Assembly (NCBI RefSeq): GCF_004010195.1
Contig: NC_057711.1
Location: 75,843,579 to 75,907,578 of the forward strand
DNA from: Chiloscyllium plagiosum
Lineage: Eukaryota
Length of the DNA stretch: 64,000 nt
Direction of reading: 5' to 3'
Shown: piece after piece, positions 50,420-63,069 of the stretch
How positions within the stretch are numbered: position 1 is the first letter of the stretch
Layout: every line of letters begins with the position of its first letter
Made by a program: the position numbers and the translations under genes
The notes under the pieces: model-generated
The model's input: only the letters and a program-made list of their open reading frames with translations
Database searches by the model: none
What the model was told of the DNA's origin: nothing

Positions 50420-52000
50420 GACATAGAACTGTACAGCACAGGAGTGGGCCCTTTGGCCCATGACATTGTGTGAACATGACTCCAAATTAAACTAATCCTT
50501 TCTGCCTGACCTTTGTCTATGTCTCTCCATTCCTTGCATATTCATGTGCATATCTAAAAGTCCCTTAAATGCCCCTGTTGTATTCTGTCCCATAACCACC
50601 ATCAAGGAACTTCATCACGATAGCACTGTCGAATGAAACCTAGCCAAAATGAACAACTAAGTTCATAAATGGAAACTTAAATAATGGAGGAACGTTGTGC
50701 GTTTCAAAAAGGAAAAAAGTATGGATCGGTTTAGGAAGCTAAAACTAGACAGGACGTGTGAGGAAGATAATGAAAGCAGGAAAGACCTCAAGCAGAGAAT
50801 TAAGAGAGCATGAAAGGACCATGAAATCACCTTAGCAACTAGGGTTAAAGAAAATCCCCTGGCAATGTGTTCCAGACTCGTACCACTGTGTGTACAAAGA
50901 AAAACTTGCCCATCACATCTCCTTTTGAAACTCCCTCAACCCTAAATGCCCCCTTGTATTAGACATTTCGATTCTAGGGAGGGGGGAGGAGAAGAGGAGA
51001 GAGATTTTGGCGGTCAACCCTGTCTATGCATCTCATAATTAGACTATTTAGCATCCACTGCTCCAGAGAAAACAACCTGAGTATTTCTAGTCTCTCCTTT
51101 TATAGTTCATACCCTCTAATCTAGACATCCTGGTCAACCTCTTCTGCACTGTCTCTAAAGCCTCCACATTCTTCCTGTAATGTGGCAACCAGAATTGAAC
51201 ATAATACTCAAGTGTGGCTTAACCAAAGTCCTATAAAGCTGCACCATGACATCTTCCTGACAAAAGCAACCCTGCTATATACAGAGGAACCTCAATTTAA
51301 GCAAGTTAATAAGATGTGACCTGCCCTGCACAAAGCTATGACGACTGTCCCTAACTTGGTCATACTTTACCAAATATGTGTAAATCCTATCCCTAAGAAT
51401 TTTCTCCAATATCTTCCCCACCACCGATGTGCGACTCACCTAGTGATAGTTTCCTGGATTATCCCTAATCCTTTCTTGTAAAGGCTAACAGCATTAGCTA
51501 CTCGCCAGTCCTCTGAAACCCCTCCAGTGGTGAGAGATGATATAAGATCTTGGTCAAGGCCCCAGCAATTGCCTCTTGCCATCACGATGATCATCAGACC
51601 TTGGGGACTTATGCATCTTTAATGCTCTTCAAAAGACCTAATACCACTTCTTTCTTGATCAGAAAATTCTCTATGAAACTTGTATGCTCCACACTAATCT
51701 CACTGTCTTCCCCCATCTTTCTCCTGGGCGAATAATGAGTCCTGTGTGTCGGTATATCTTGCCCAATCCTCTGCCTCCAAGCACAAGTTTCTTCCTTTAT
51801 CCTTCAGTGGTTTTCTCTCTAATTATCCTTTGTTTTTCGTGTGTGTGTGTGTATATGCAGTTTGTTTGGGGATTTTCTTTAACCCTAGTTGCTAAGGTGA
51901 TTTCATGGTCCTTTCATGGTCTCCTAATTCCCTGCTTGAGGTCTTTCCTGTTTTCATTATCTTCCTCACACGTCCTGTCTAGTTTTAGCTTCCTAAACCT
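50420..52000 (-). mobile_element. CR1 LINE 3' region, deleted and rearranged
   Basis: 3' tail at about 50420 and fragments of CR1 ORF2. Interrupted by an inverted copy at 50601-50859. Confidence 0.75.
50601..50859. repeat. About 260-bp inverted duplicate of 51868-52128
   Basis: atcaaggaac...aaaatcccc is the near-identical reverse complement of ggggattttc...gttccttgat. Confidence 0.92.
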
Positions 52001-53350
52001 AACCATACTTTTTTCCTTTTTGAAACGCACAACGTTCCTCCATTATTTAAGTTTCCATTTATGAACTTAGTTGTTCATTTTTGCTAGGTTTCATTCGACT
52101 GAGTTCTATCGTGAAGAAGTTCCTTGATAGTTGGAAACTGGACCTGGGGAATATCGAAGGAAATTTGAATTGTAAACATGTCGTCAAAGACAGTTCAAAC
52201 ATATGGGAATTCCTTGTTTTCATATTTCTTCAATAGAACTATACTATGTTTGTTTGTTAAAACAAGTTTCTTAACATTACGGTTTATAATTAAAAATGCT
52301 ATATAGTCGGTATTACCTCCTACATCTGTCTGCTCGTACACCTCGTTCTCATGGCCACCCTTCGCTGGCCACCAAAAATAAGTTCCTTGAGGTATGTTAA
52401 TTGTTTGTGTTCTACCTCTGTAGAGACTGCTCAAAAGTATACTGCAGTTCTCTGGCTAATTCTCTAGTTGCAGTTATTTTTAGAAGTGAAGCTTTTATTT
52501 ACCCTTTCTTGATAATGTCGGTCTCTGTCCTTGCTCTGATTACTGTACTTTTCCAAGTTACTCTATTTTGTGAATGATATTATGAAGCCTTCTGTAGATT
52601 CTGCAAGCAAGCTTCAATCTGAGCAATTGTCTAGTTTGTGTTCTCGATAAAGCAGAGAATAAACCTGATCTATTTTCCACATTGTCTGAAATTCTTGTTT
52701 GATTTTGCTTACGGTGCAGTTCTGTCTAACAATCAGTCACTTACTTTGGTTTGCAGTTCCCATAAGTTAGCCAAAGTGCAAATTGAAACTGAAAAGCTCT
52801 TCCAGCAAGCAGCCATATAAATTGAAACTTGAGAGCCTTCGTAAGGTCTGTCTTAATGTGGAAATGGTACGCTGTGGGTATACTCAAACTAGTTATCAAT
52901 TATTTTAGAATCTTTCTAGATAAATTTTTATATAGTCTTATTCTGACACTGTTAAACACACTGGCAACTAATTTTGGTGGCAATCATTCAAAAGTTCATT
53001 ACTTTAATTACCTTAGCTTCATAAAATCTTCCCACTATTAAGTGTTACTATTAAGTGTTACTTAATAGTAACATAAACTAGATATTTGCAGCATGAAAAT
53101 CCGTGAATGAAAATGTCTGTCTGTATTAACAAATTCAAGTTGTTACTCTCTCAGCAAGGCATGAATAATTATGATGCATTCATAAAATTTTAGTTCACTT
53201 TTGCAGTGAAATTCACTTTAGTCTAGGGATGGTATGACCATAACTACATTTTGTTTTTGTTTTTATTTTTATTATACAATAATCCAGAGTGTAAATGTGA
53301 TTGTTTGTCTTAAAAGTGAAATCCTGTCTGTAGTTAGATTCTGTTAACTA

Positions 53351-53510
53351 CAGAGGAACCTCGATTCCCCGACATTTGATTATGCAAATTTTGGATTGTC
53401 CAGACAAGATGGCCAAGTTCTGATACTTTGCTAAACTATATTAGCCGGCATTCAATTAACCGAACCAAATACTCCCCATCCGTATCCTTCAGATAACTGA
53501 GGTTCCTCTG
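53351..53510. mobile_element. Tigger/pogo-like MITE (Tc1/mariner superfamily)
   Basis: TA TSD on both sides and TIR CAGAGGAACCTC / GAGGTTCCTCTG. An orphan TIR lies at about 51280. Confidence 0.85.
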
Positions 53511-56209
53511 TATTCTGTTTTCTGTACAAAATTGAGTTCTGAAGAGCTTTAACGTTTTTTTCTCATGTGCTGCCAGACCTGAGTTTTTTTTTCCTGTAAT
53601 TTTTCTTTTTTATTTAAGATGACTTTGTTTGTTTGTTTGTTTCTAGGCTTCCAAAATCACGCTTTACATTCGTTGGCCTTATCAATTGTCTCTCCATTCC
53701 AGCCACACTATGCTGTACTCTGATTTGTAGTCAGCTTCCATTTTTTGCCTGACAATGATGTTTAACTATAACCTGGTGTAAGGGATTAAGCAGGTTTTGT
53801 TTTGAAAAGGCTTTGTGTTTAGGATTTGCTCTGGGAAGGCATATCTTGTGTAGCAGGCATCAAGATGGTGACCAAATATACCATGAGTTCTCCCTTGTAT
53901 TTACTATCTCGGTTAATCCCCACTTTTGGAGGGAAGTTAAGATCTCGGATTGAGTTAGACCCCAATGTGAATAGAAAATTCTAAAGACTTTTCCAGGATA
54001 AGAGCACAGTTAATTAAGTCCCATATTCCAAAAGCCATAATGCAAGTGTAACAATTTGAATTATCAAAATTGTTTATTTGCTTGTCTTTTGTACTATCCA
54101 AAATATAAGCAACATAGGCTTCTCTAATGCATTCCAGAATAATTCACTTATTACAAGAAAAATTTATTTTTCTTTCAAATAAGAGAAATGGTTAATAACT
54201 ATATCACGCTTAAGAATTAAACTATATCTTAATGCAATTTATACACAGACAAGTCAGTTCTGCAGAGATATAGGTTTTAACAAAAAGCCCAAAAAGGAAC
54301 AAAGTACTTATTAAGTTAGAAGATAGAATGGCTTTGCTTTTTACAGTACCTTGATTTCCTGTCAATGGAATCAAATTGTTGACAGTGTCAGAATGATGAA
54401 AGATCTTTAGACTATGTTTCACATATACTTCACTGAACACTCTTCCAGTTGGTTTTACTTGGTTAGCATGAAACAAAAGAGAGACCGATCTGCTGTTGCC
54501 TGTAAGCCTCTCCATCTCTGTCTATGAAAGGAAACTGCAACTTCGGTCTGTTGCAACATACAGCATAGAATCTAAGATTTTTCCAATTCTTTGTCCAGCA
54601 TTGAAGAGTCATTAAATCCACCTTATCTCTCTAAGATTTATTGGACTTGTTTTCCCAAATTACTTTTCTAGTAAGTGACAAATAATCCATATTTCTCTTG
54701 AAACTTTAAACTTTTTGTTTCCAAGAAATTGCATCAGAATTTATCTTCAACCCAGTAATGTCCAAACAGTTTCATGTTTCACTTTTTTTCATAGTCTATA
54801 TACTCCTAAAAATAGTAACACTGGGGAATCTGCACTCCGAACCCCAATATATCCTTAGTGCAGTCTGCCCCAGCATGCAAGGCTATGGACCAAGTGCTGG
54901 GAATGGCATGAAAGATAGGTGCTTAATGTGGACACAGCTGGGCAAAAGGCACTCTTTCCATGTTGTTAAAACTTGATCACACTGACTTCAGTTGTGTTTT
55001 AACAAGATATTTCTGTCGCTTTAGCAAAATATCAACTTCACACTAACCACATGATAAGATGGAGTATACTGGGAGCCTCACAAAACAGTGCTGCAGTAAG
55101 CCTTTTAGGTTGGCATGTAGACTTTCAATCTAGATATGGGTTGGAAAAGCTGGGTAGGCAAAAGTAGTCTTGAAGAGGAATTCGTAGAATGTTTGTTGGG
55201 ATTAGATCTAACTTTGTGCAATGAAATAGGATTAATTAATGACCTCAGGGTGAAGGCATCCATTTGTAGCTGTGATCATAACAATTGAATCTTATGATCA
55301 GTTTGAGAGAAGAGATGTCTTTTAAGCTTAAATGTGGGCAATTGCAAAAGCATGAAGCAGAGCGAGTTGAAGTAGATTTGCAAATGGCCTGTTCCTGTCC
55401 CTGACTCTAATTTGTATGTTCCCATGTAGCTTTTCTGCTATGTAGACTGATCTCATCAGCTGTTATGGTTTTTATTTTATTTTGTACCTACTTGCCTACC
55501 AGGCGAGTTCTGTTCAATTCCTTGATCTACATGGACTCTAAACTGGGCAACTGACATGTATTTCATTGAGTAGAAGGCTGCTTATGTATGCTAAGTACTA
55601 CTCGAACTTGGCTGTTTCAGATTAACTACAGTGGAAATGCTATGTTTTTTTGGCTGCGGACAGTGGGTGGAGATGGATGTTGTGGTCACTAAATCAGGGG
55701 AAAACTTTCAACTAACTTCTGGCATATAATTACAATCAATGTGAACAATGGTATTACTGAAAGGAAATGGTATTTGCCAAAGCACTGTTGCAGATATTTA
55801 TATTTTACCTGCTCATATGTTCTGTCTCTAGAGCAGGTAGGTCATGTACCTAGACCTCCTGGCCTAGAGGTAGGAACATTACCATCACACTATAAAAGCC
55901 TGTGGAAACAGTGGGTTTGGAAGGGTTAATACTGATTTGAGTGACATAGTGACATCATTGTCAACCAACATTTAACTAATGCGTTCTCCATGGCAACACC
56001 TCTATTACCGTTCACTTGCCAACCAATTGATACACTGCTGTCTTAGTGTTCTTTTTCCTTGACATCGCTTTTCCTCCAGATTTGCTATGATGACTATCTT
56101 TTTGAGTCATCTTTTCAGAAAGTTCTATACTATCAAACACTGATATTGAAAGAGTCTGACCTAAGATCAAGTCAGCCGAATAGTCTTTTTAATGTATTTT
56201 TTTTTTGGT

Positions 56210-56520
56210 TGGTAATCCAAAGACCCAGCTCATGTTCTGGGGACCCAGATTCAAATCTCAATGACATTTGAATTTAGTGAATATCTGGATTGAGAGTCTG
56301 ATGACCTTCAATCCATTGTGGATTGTCCAAAAAAAAAATCCATCTGGTTCACTAATGTCCTTTAGGGAAGGTAGCTACCATTCTTAACTGGTCCAGCCTG
56401 TGTGTGTCCCTATACTCTGAACAATGTGGTTGACCCTTAACTGCCATTTGAGCAATTAGGGATATGAGATAAATATTGACCTAGCCATTGACACATTGAT
56501 CCCATGAATGAATAAAAGTA
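56210..56520 (+). mobile_element. SINE with LINE-derived tail
   Basis: B-box-like gattcaaatc, core shared with 13305-13665, and a cccatgaatgaataaaa end. Confidence 0.65.
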
Positions 56521-56606
56521 CGCCATATTTTTGTAACATGTAAGTAGTTGCAGTTATGCAACACCATATGTTTATGACTAGTGATTCTTCTACTAGGAAG
56601 GTAGCT

Positions 56607-56920
56607 TAGATTAGATTACATTACAATGTGGAAACAGGCCCTTCGGCTCAACAAGTCCACACTGACCCGCTAAAACATAACCCACCCATACCTCTACATT
56701 TACTCCTTACCTAACACTACGGGCAATTTAGCATGGCCAATTCACCTGACCTGCACATCTTTGGACTGTGGGAGGAAATCTGAGCACCCGGAGGAAACCC
56801 ATGCAGACACGGGGAGAACGTGCAAACTCCACACAGTCAGTCGCCTGAGGCGGGAATTGAACCTGGGTCTCTGACGCTGTGAGGCAGCAGTGCTAACCGC
56901 TGTGCCACCGTGCTGCCCAC
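56607..56920 (-). mobile_element. Full-length HE1-like V-SINE
   Basis: tRNA head ggcagcacggtggcacagcggttagcactgctgcctcacagc...ggttcaattccc. V-domain gtgtggagtttgcacgttctccccgtg...tttcctcccacagtccaaaga. (ctaat)n tail and flanking a(g/a)gtagct duplication. Confidence 0.9.
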
Positions 56921-57844
56921 TAAGTAGCTGGCCACTTCAGCACAAGACTGTGGGTCCTGGATACATACCAGAATATATTCTTAGCAGCAAACAACATGGT
57001 GAGCAGTGGTGGCAAGCTGAAGATTTGCTTTAGCTTTGCTGTGCAGCATGCTGATCTGCAGTGGTGATTTGAAGACTTATCTACTTACTCATTCAAAACT
57101 GTGAGCAGTGCTGTTGAGATAATGTGTACAGATCTGAGGATTTAATGAACCTCAGCCAAGAAAATCTTGGGGCCACAATCAATATTGCAGAATGCTTTAA
57201 ATTAAGACAAGAAACCTTTCAGAATTGGTAAGAAACGCAAAAAGAGAATAGATGAAGTTTGCAGTTCTGATCAGTGGCACAGGCTGCATCACAAGGTGGT
57301 GCTAAGAGTTGTCTGGAGTGACAGATCAGCTGGCCGTTCGAACTGAAGTGAAATAGTCAGAATGAAGCACAGCAAGGTGGGCTAAATGGATAATGCATTT
57401 TTCAAGTTGCAGCTCAGATCAGGCATGGCTACCATAGTATGTAGATACCACAAGGTACAGCTAGAAAAGAAACAGAAGGAATAGGGCTTTGTCAGAAACT
57501 TGTCCCTGAGTCTGAAATCATGGACTCACTAATTAAAAGTGAATTAGTGTTAGTTGAGTTAAAAATGTAAGCTGTTCTGATTCAATGGAAATGGTTTGCT
57601 AAAATTCCTTACAGCAGTGCAAGTTGAGGAATCTTTTGCGAAAGCCATGAAAAAGTGGAATCCTTCAGTAAAACCGAGAAGCTAGCAGGAGCCATTCGTT
57701 TCAGCCACACATCATGGACATGCTCCAGTTTGGTCACAATTGATAAGAGTACTGTCTTTTGATTGGATTTTATATTGTGACATGTACTGAGATACATTGA
57801 AAAATGTGTTCTGGGCTAATCCAGGCAAATCATGCTATACATGT

Positions 57845-58503
57845 TGTGAAGGTGTACATGTGTACTGTACCTTTAAGACAGAGGAAGCTGACAAGGGCCG
57901 ACTGAAAGCAGAGTGTATGAACAATTTAAAGTAACCATTTGGTTGACAAAGAACTGGTGCTGTGTTGCCAGTATGCAAAAACATTCAAATTTGGTCAATC
58001 AGTTGAAATTATGCCCCAGAGACCCAAATCCAATCGAATTTGAATTTTGCTGTTTGGAATGACGTTGAACCAGTGAAATGATCCAATGATTTGAGGTATA
58101 AAACTGGACATTTTGAACAGTTAGGGGGAGAACAGCAAAGAGCACCCACAAGTACAGACTGCTAGCCGAATAGCTCTCTGTAAGGTACCTGTCCATAAGA
58201 AGAAAAGTTATGCAGCAGAAGACCAAAGGAAAATCTACATCTGGCTGGCTTTTTTTTTTAAACTTAATTTTTTTTTAATCAGACCAGTATTGTAGAGTGG
58301 GAGGTAAGAAAAAAAGCTTGAGAAAGGAGTTGTAAATAAGTTGTTTTTAATTATTGCTTTTGGATTTAAAGAATGCAATTGTTAATTTTTACTTAGTGAG
58401 ATCTGGAAGATTTCTTTGTCTCTTGAAATTTAACAGATTACGGTGTGAGGTGAGCTTCTGTGTCTGGTTTAAATTAGCAGAGGGATTACCGTGTGTCATA
58501 ACA
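57845..58503 (+). mobile_element. Solo LTR
   Basis: tgtgaagg...cataaca termini and TATA-like ggtataaaa near 58095. Host LINE resumes on both sides. Confidence 0.65.
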
Positions 58504-58824
58504 AGTACATCAGGATTACAGAGCAGAATGTAAAATATAGTCTTATAGCTGAGAGGAAGGTGCAGAGAAAGATGAACTATAATAAATGAAGTTCATTCAT
58601 AAGTCTGATACTGGGGAAGAAGCTGTTTTGCAATCTGGCACAATTTTTTTGAAACTTTTCTGTTTCTTGTGCCTGATGGAAGAGGTTATAAATTGGTGGG
58701 GGTGGTCTTTGTTTATGTTGGCTCCTTTTCCAAGGCAGCAGGAAGTATAGACAGAGTCAATGGATGGGAGGCTGGTTTGCTTGATGGACTGAGCTGCGTT
58801 CACAACTCTGTGCTGAATTTCCAT

Positions 58825-59297
58825 GTTAAAAATCTCAACACCAGGTTATAATCCAACAGGCTTAATTGGAAGCACACTAGCTTTCTAATTTAAAAAGTGA
58901 GGTAACAGTCTAAACATCATGGCATTGACAGAACACATGGGGCTAACACCTTGAACATATTGTCTAGCTATCACCCATTGTTACAGCTAACTTGAAAATG
59001 CAACTTTTTAAAAAAGGTTTTGTGATTTACACATGAAAGAAGTGAAACTATCATGGTATTCGAACAGATGAAAGACTCAACAGACAATCAAGGTATTTTT
59101 CAATGTATAATTTCAGTTACGTCACTGTAAATTTTTGCTATAAATTCTGTGCCTTAGAATTGTCCCCTCCACAATTACCTGATGAAGGAGCAGCACTCCG
59201 AAAGCTAGTGTGCTTCCAATTAAACCTGTTGGACTATAATTTGGTGTTGTGATTTCTAACTTTGTACACCCCAGTCCAACATCAGCATCTCCAAGTC
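58825..59297. mobile_element. Penelope-derived element with inverted 3' ends and hammerhead (family of 9963-10152)
   Basis: 12-bp TSD ctgaatttccat (58813-58824, 59298-59309). CTGATGA..GGAG/CTCC..GAAA GCTA gtg at 59179-59210. Confidence 0.82.
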
Positions 59298-59565
59298 CTG
59301 AATTTCCATAGCCTTCTGAGGACGCAGAGGTGTTGGTATGGTTTCTTGACTGTCGTGTTCAGGACAGATTGGTGGTATTTACTTTGGGGAACTGGAAGCT
59401 CTCCACTACCTCCCACCTTGCCACCTTTTGATACAGATGAATGACTTTAAATCCACTTACCGAAGTTGATGATCAACTAGTTTGTTTCGCTGGCCTCGAA
59501 GAGATTGTCTTTACACCATGCCACTAAGTTCTCTTCTCTATCTCTTTCCTGTATTCTGTCGCGTC

Positions 59566-60304
59566 TGTTTTAAAAAATTCTCCAGGTCAAGGACCAGGCT
59601 CGCAGGAAAGTAGTCTGACACAGAACAAACAGCCAAGAGGCGAGTCTGCTAGAATATAAGTGTTTTATTCCCCGCAGCGTCGCCACAACCAGGTCTCGTA
59701 CTTACAACGGATCTGATTTATACTCACTCTACGTGTTACCGGAACTGGGAGCCGTCAGTTCTCGTAGAGCGGTTGCCAACAACCCACGCTCGGCGGTTAA
59801 ACGCAACCCCGGAGCAGACTCTACCGAACTGGAGACTTTTCCAGCTGATATACTCTTTTCCAGATATAAACATTCATGTGAACAGCAGAGCAAGGCTAAA
59901 AAACACATTCCATTCTGGTTACATACAGATAAGAAGATTCACACGGGGAGGTGTGTAATAAGATTCACACGGGACTAAGCAACACCTCCATTCCGGTTAG
60001 ATTCACACATGTATTGGGACACAATTTTAACCCTTTCACCACAAACATCAGTCCGGGAGTGCACTTTGTGCAACATCAGTCCACGAGTGAACGTCTTTTC
60101 CAGCTGATATACTCTTTTCCAGATATAAACATTCATGTGAACAGCAGAGCAAGGCTAAAAAACACATTCCATTCTGGTTACATACAGATAAGAAGATTCA
60201 CACGGGAAGGTGTATAATAAGATTCACACGGGACTAAGCGACACCTTCCATTTTCGGTTAGATTCACACATGTATTGGGACACAATTTTAACCCTTTCAC
60301 CACA
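59566..60304 (-). mobile_element. Young solo LTR with 5-bp TSD and duplicated end
   Basis: TG...CA termini and perfect TSD gcgtc (59561-59565, 60305-60309). AATAAA on the minus strand near 59665. CpGs are retained. Confidence 0.85.
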
Positions 60305-61400
60305 GCGTCATTGTTTAAAATCTGACCAACTTTGGTGTCATCAGCAAACTTGTAGTTGGAGTTGAACAGTCATTCAGTGCAAATAAAAATCTACTGAACA
60401 CATCAGAAAACCATGGCGGCATACTAAATGGTATTACTAGGAATATTTAGTTTCAGATGAGCACAACAGAATACAAAATTGGACATTCTGGTGAAAACGA
60501 TTCCATTTGTTTAAAATGGCGTCTAAACATTTGAGTCAGAAGCTGAAGAGAATTTACTTCTGTATGCAGTTTATGATCTACACAAATAATTAGGATGGAG
60601 CCAAGACTCTGAGCTCTCTGGAGCAAAAGAACTTCACTGGCATTTCTGGTGACTGGTATGTTAGAAACTGAATGCTTTCATTGTAAAACAATAAGTCACT
60701 TCCAGAATGCATGTTGCACTAGGACACAGACATGGAAAAGCAATAAAAACTACCCCACAGCTAAATGAGAGAGAGCAATATCCAGCTGAATTCAAGCCTA
60801 AAATGATTACTAATCTGCTTTTGATTTTTATTGAGCACATATGTATTTTGTTTTGTGTAGCGTACTTTAGTTGTATGCCTCACTCACGACTCTGTGTGCA
60901 GTTCTTTCTGTCAATTTGTCATTATTCTGCATTGTATGGAGTTCAGTGGTTGTGATTAGAAGATCCAAATTGTGAGCAAAGTCCTGGCCTTGTGCTTAAC
61001 TGTTGGTCAGAATGCTCATATTTCTCATTATCCACACCATTCTGTTTAATGAACAAATTATTTTAAGGTGGACGAACTTTGTTCCACTGCTTGAAGTCTG
61101 AATTACAGGTACCATTTGCTGCCTTAAAGCTTCTGATATGTTGTTTAGCATTGTACCATGTCGATTCTATGCCAACTATTTTCCCCACAATTGTCTACAA
61201 ATGCCAGTGGATGCTATCAGTATGCTATTCTTGACATTCAAGTGTTGAATATTCAAATGGATTGATGTTAACTCTCTTCAGATTTTCAGACTTTTGAAAC
61301 TGGTGTTTTTTTTAATACTGCTGGCAATCTTCATAGGGCCAGTACAAAAAGGAAGGCCTGAAGCTTTACCCAGTGCTTCACAAACTGTTTCCAATATGAC

Positions 61401-61560
61401 TAGGAGATAATGAGGACTACAGATGCTGGAGACTGAGTCCAAAAGTGTGGCACTGGAAAAGCACAGCAGGTCAGGCAGCTTATGCCGATATGTCAATTCT
61501 TCTCCTGCTCTTCTGAAGCTGCCTGACCTGCTGTGCTTTTCCAGTGTCACACTTCTTTCG
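61401..61560. mobile_element. Penelope-derived fold-back mini-element
   Basis: 17-bp flanking duplication actgtttccaatatgac (61384-61400, 61561-61577). Inverted arms ctggaaaagcacagcaggtcaggcagct / agctgcctgacctgctgtgcttttccag. Confidence 0.82.
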
Positions 61561-62516
61561 ACTGTTTCCAATATGACCCCAACTTATCTTCAGTCAGGAT
61601 AATTTTCAACTGTTATCAACAAAAACCAAAATGTTACCATGCTATTTCATGTCATTCAGTATGCAATTGTGAAAGTTTGATTTATTATATATTTTGTTCT
61701 ATATTGTTACCGACCAGATAGATCGCAAACCCCCTTCAGATAGATCGCAGAAATGGGCAAGACCCTAACTTTTTACCTTTTTAAAGGCAAATCTAAAATG
61801 CTATACTCTGGATGTGATTTGATTGGTCATTAAATGAAACTCACTTAATTCTTACACTCAATTACAATACAAATAAAAAGAATTGGTCTTTGCGAACTTG
61901 ACTGCACCCATTCATGCTGCTACTATTGTTATAACTTGAGGAAAAACAACTCAGAAGCCAGCACTCACCTTTCTGGCCCAACCAAATGACTTCCTGTTTT
62001 CTCATTGTAGTCAGTTACTGAAGCATACTTGACTTTCCTGTAACAAATTGGAATGCAAACATCTTTGGTCCACTCGCTGCTCAACGCATTGAGGCTAAAA
62101 AGCCTTTAGGCTTACATTCGCCCCCTGTTTCCTATCAAGTACGCTGAGTCAAAGCTGTTTGCCCAACGATTGCTCTCCACCATTATGTGCACACTTCAGT
62201 CTGAATAGCTTTGTTTGCCACTTATAGTTAGGTTTAAATGAGATATTGCCTGTGATAGCAACTGGTTTTGACACTGCTCTCTACAATGAATCCAATGTGT
62301 GAAAAATATTCAAGGTCAAAGAAAATATCACTGGTCATTAAGTGAAAGATTTTTTTCAGTGTAAAACCTGAACAATTATATTTCTAAGCAGCGGTGCAAC
62401 ATCGGATCTAAGAAAAATTGTTGGACATGATAGCTGCTTAAGCTGAGGGTTTCATTTGCATGCAATGCAATTTAACAATAGACTGAAGAGTTCATGGTTT
62501 TGTCTTTGTTTTCCAG

Positions 62517-62563
62517 GTCAGGTGAGAGTTTACAGAGCTCTGTTTGCATTTGAACCCAGAACA
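62517..62563 (+). CDS. OSTF1: OSTF1 coding exon 2, start of SH3 domain (G-QVRVYRALFAFEPRT)
   Basis: Polypyrimidine tract plus ttccag acceptor, gtaagt donor, 47 nt. Phase-1 join to exon 1. Matches human GQVKVFRALYTFEPRT. Confidence 0.95.
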
Positions 62564-63069
62564 GTAAGTACTTGTACTGAAAACTATATTGCTGTTGGTA
62601 AGTAGCCATGTGATTCCTCGATTAAAGAAATAAGGGAGATAAAAAACAGGAAACGAGAGGCCAGCTCACCTAAACACCCATGATGGGGAAAAGCTGCAAT
62701 CTATTACTGAGGAGGTTATAGTGGAGCACTTTGAAACTCTCAATGGAGTCAGGAAGAGTCAGCATGGTTTTGTAAAAGTGAAACTGTCTGTGACTGGTTT
62801 GTTTAAGGAATTAACAAGCAATATGGATAAAGGGGAATTATTGGATGTACTGTTCTTATTCTCGAGATGTTGGACAAGGTGCTGAATCCCAAGTTGTGAC
62901 CCAAAATAAGCATGCATAAGTGGCAAGATATCAACACGGATCTAGGAATAGTCAGGTCATAAGTTGTGGTTGTGCATAAATGGGTCATTTTTGGGTTGGC
63001 AGGATATGACAGGTGTTACCACAGCGATCAATGTTTGCCCTCAATTGTTTACAATAGAATAAATGAGTT

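Larger units (their letters stand above)
57765..60365 (-). mobile_element. Rex/Babar-like LINE 3' region interrupted by three younger insertions
   Basis: QHRVVNAAQSI..TSLPSIDSVYTS.CL.K..NI.KD.PH C-terminal motif. KFADDT-like sequence at about 60335-60352 (minus strand). Confidence 0.7.

Noticed and set aside
59836..60304. CRISPR-like or satellite array
   Set aside because: Only two long units inside a TSD-flanked LTR in a eukaryotic intron, with no repeat-spacer periodicity.
62511..62527. Recursive-splice-like AG|GT at OSTF1 exon 2 (also at NMRK1 22969)
   Set aside because: At OSTF1 it is explained by the conserved Gly-Gln-Val codons. Both reconstituted donors are weak and there is no other support.
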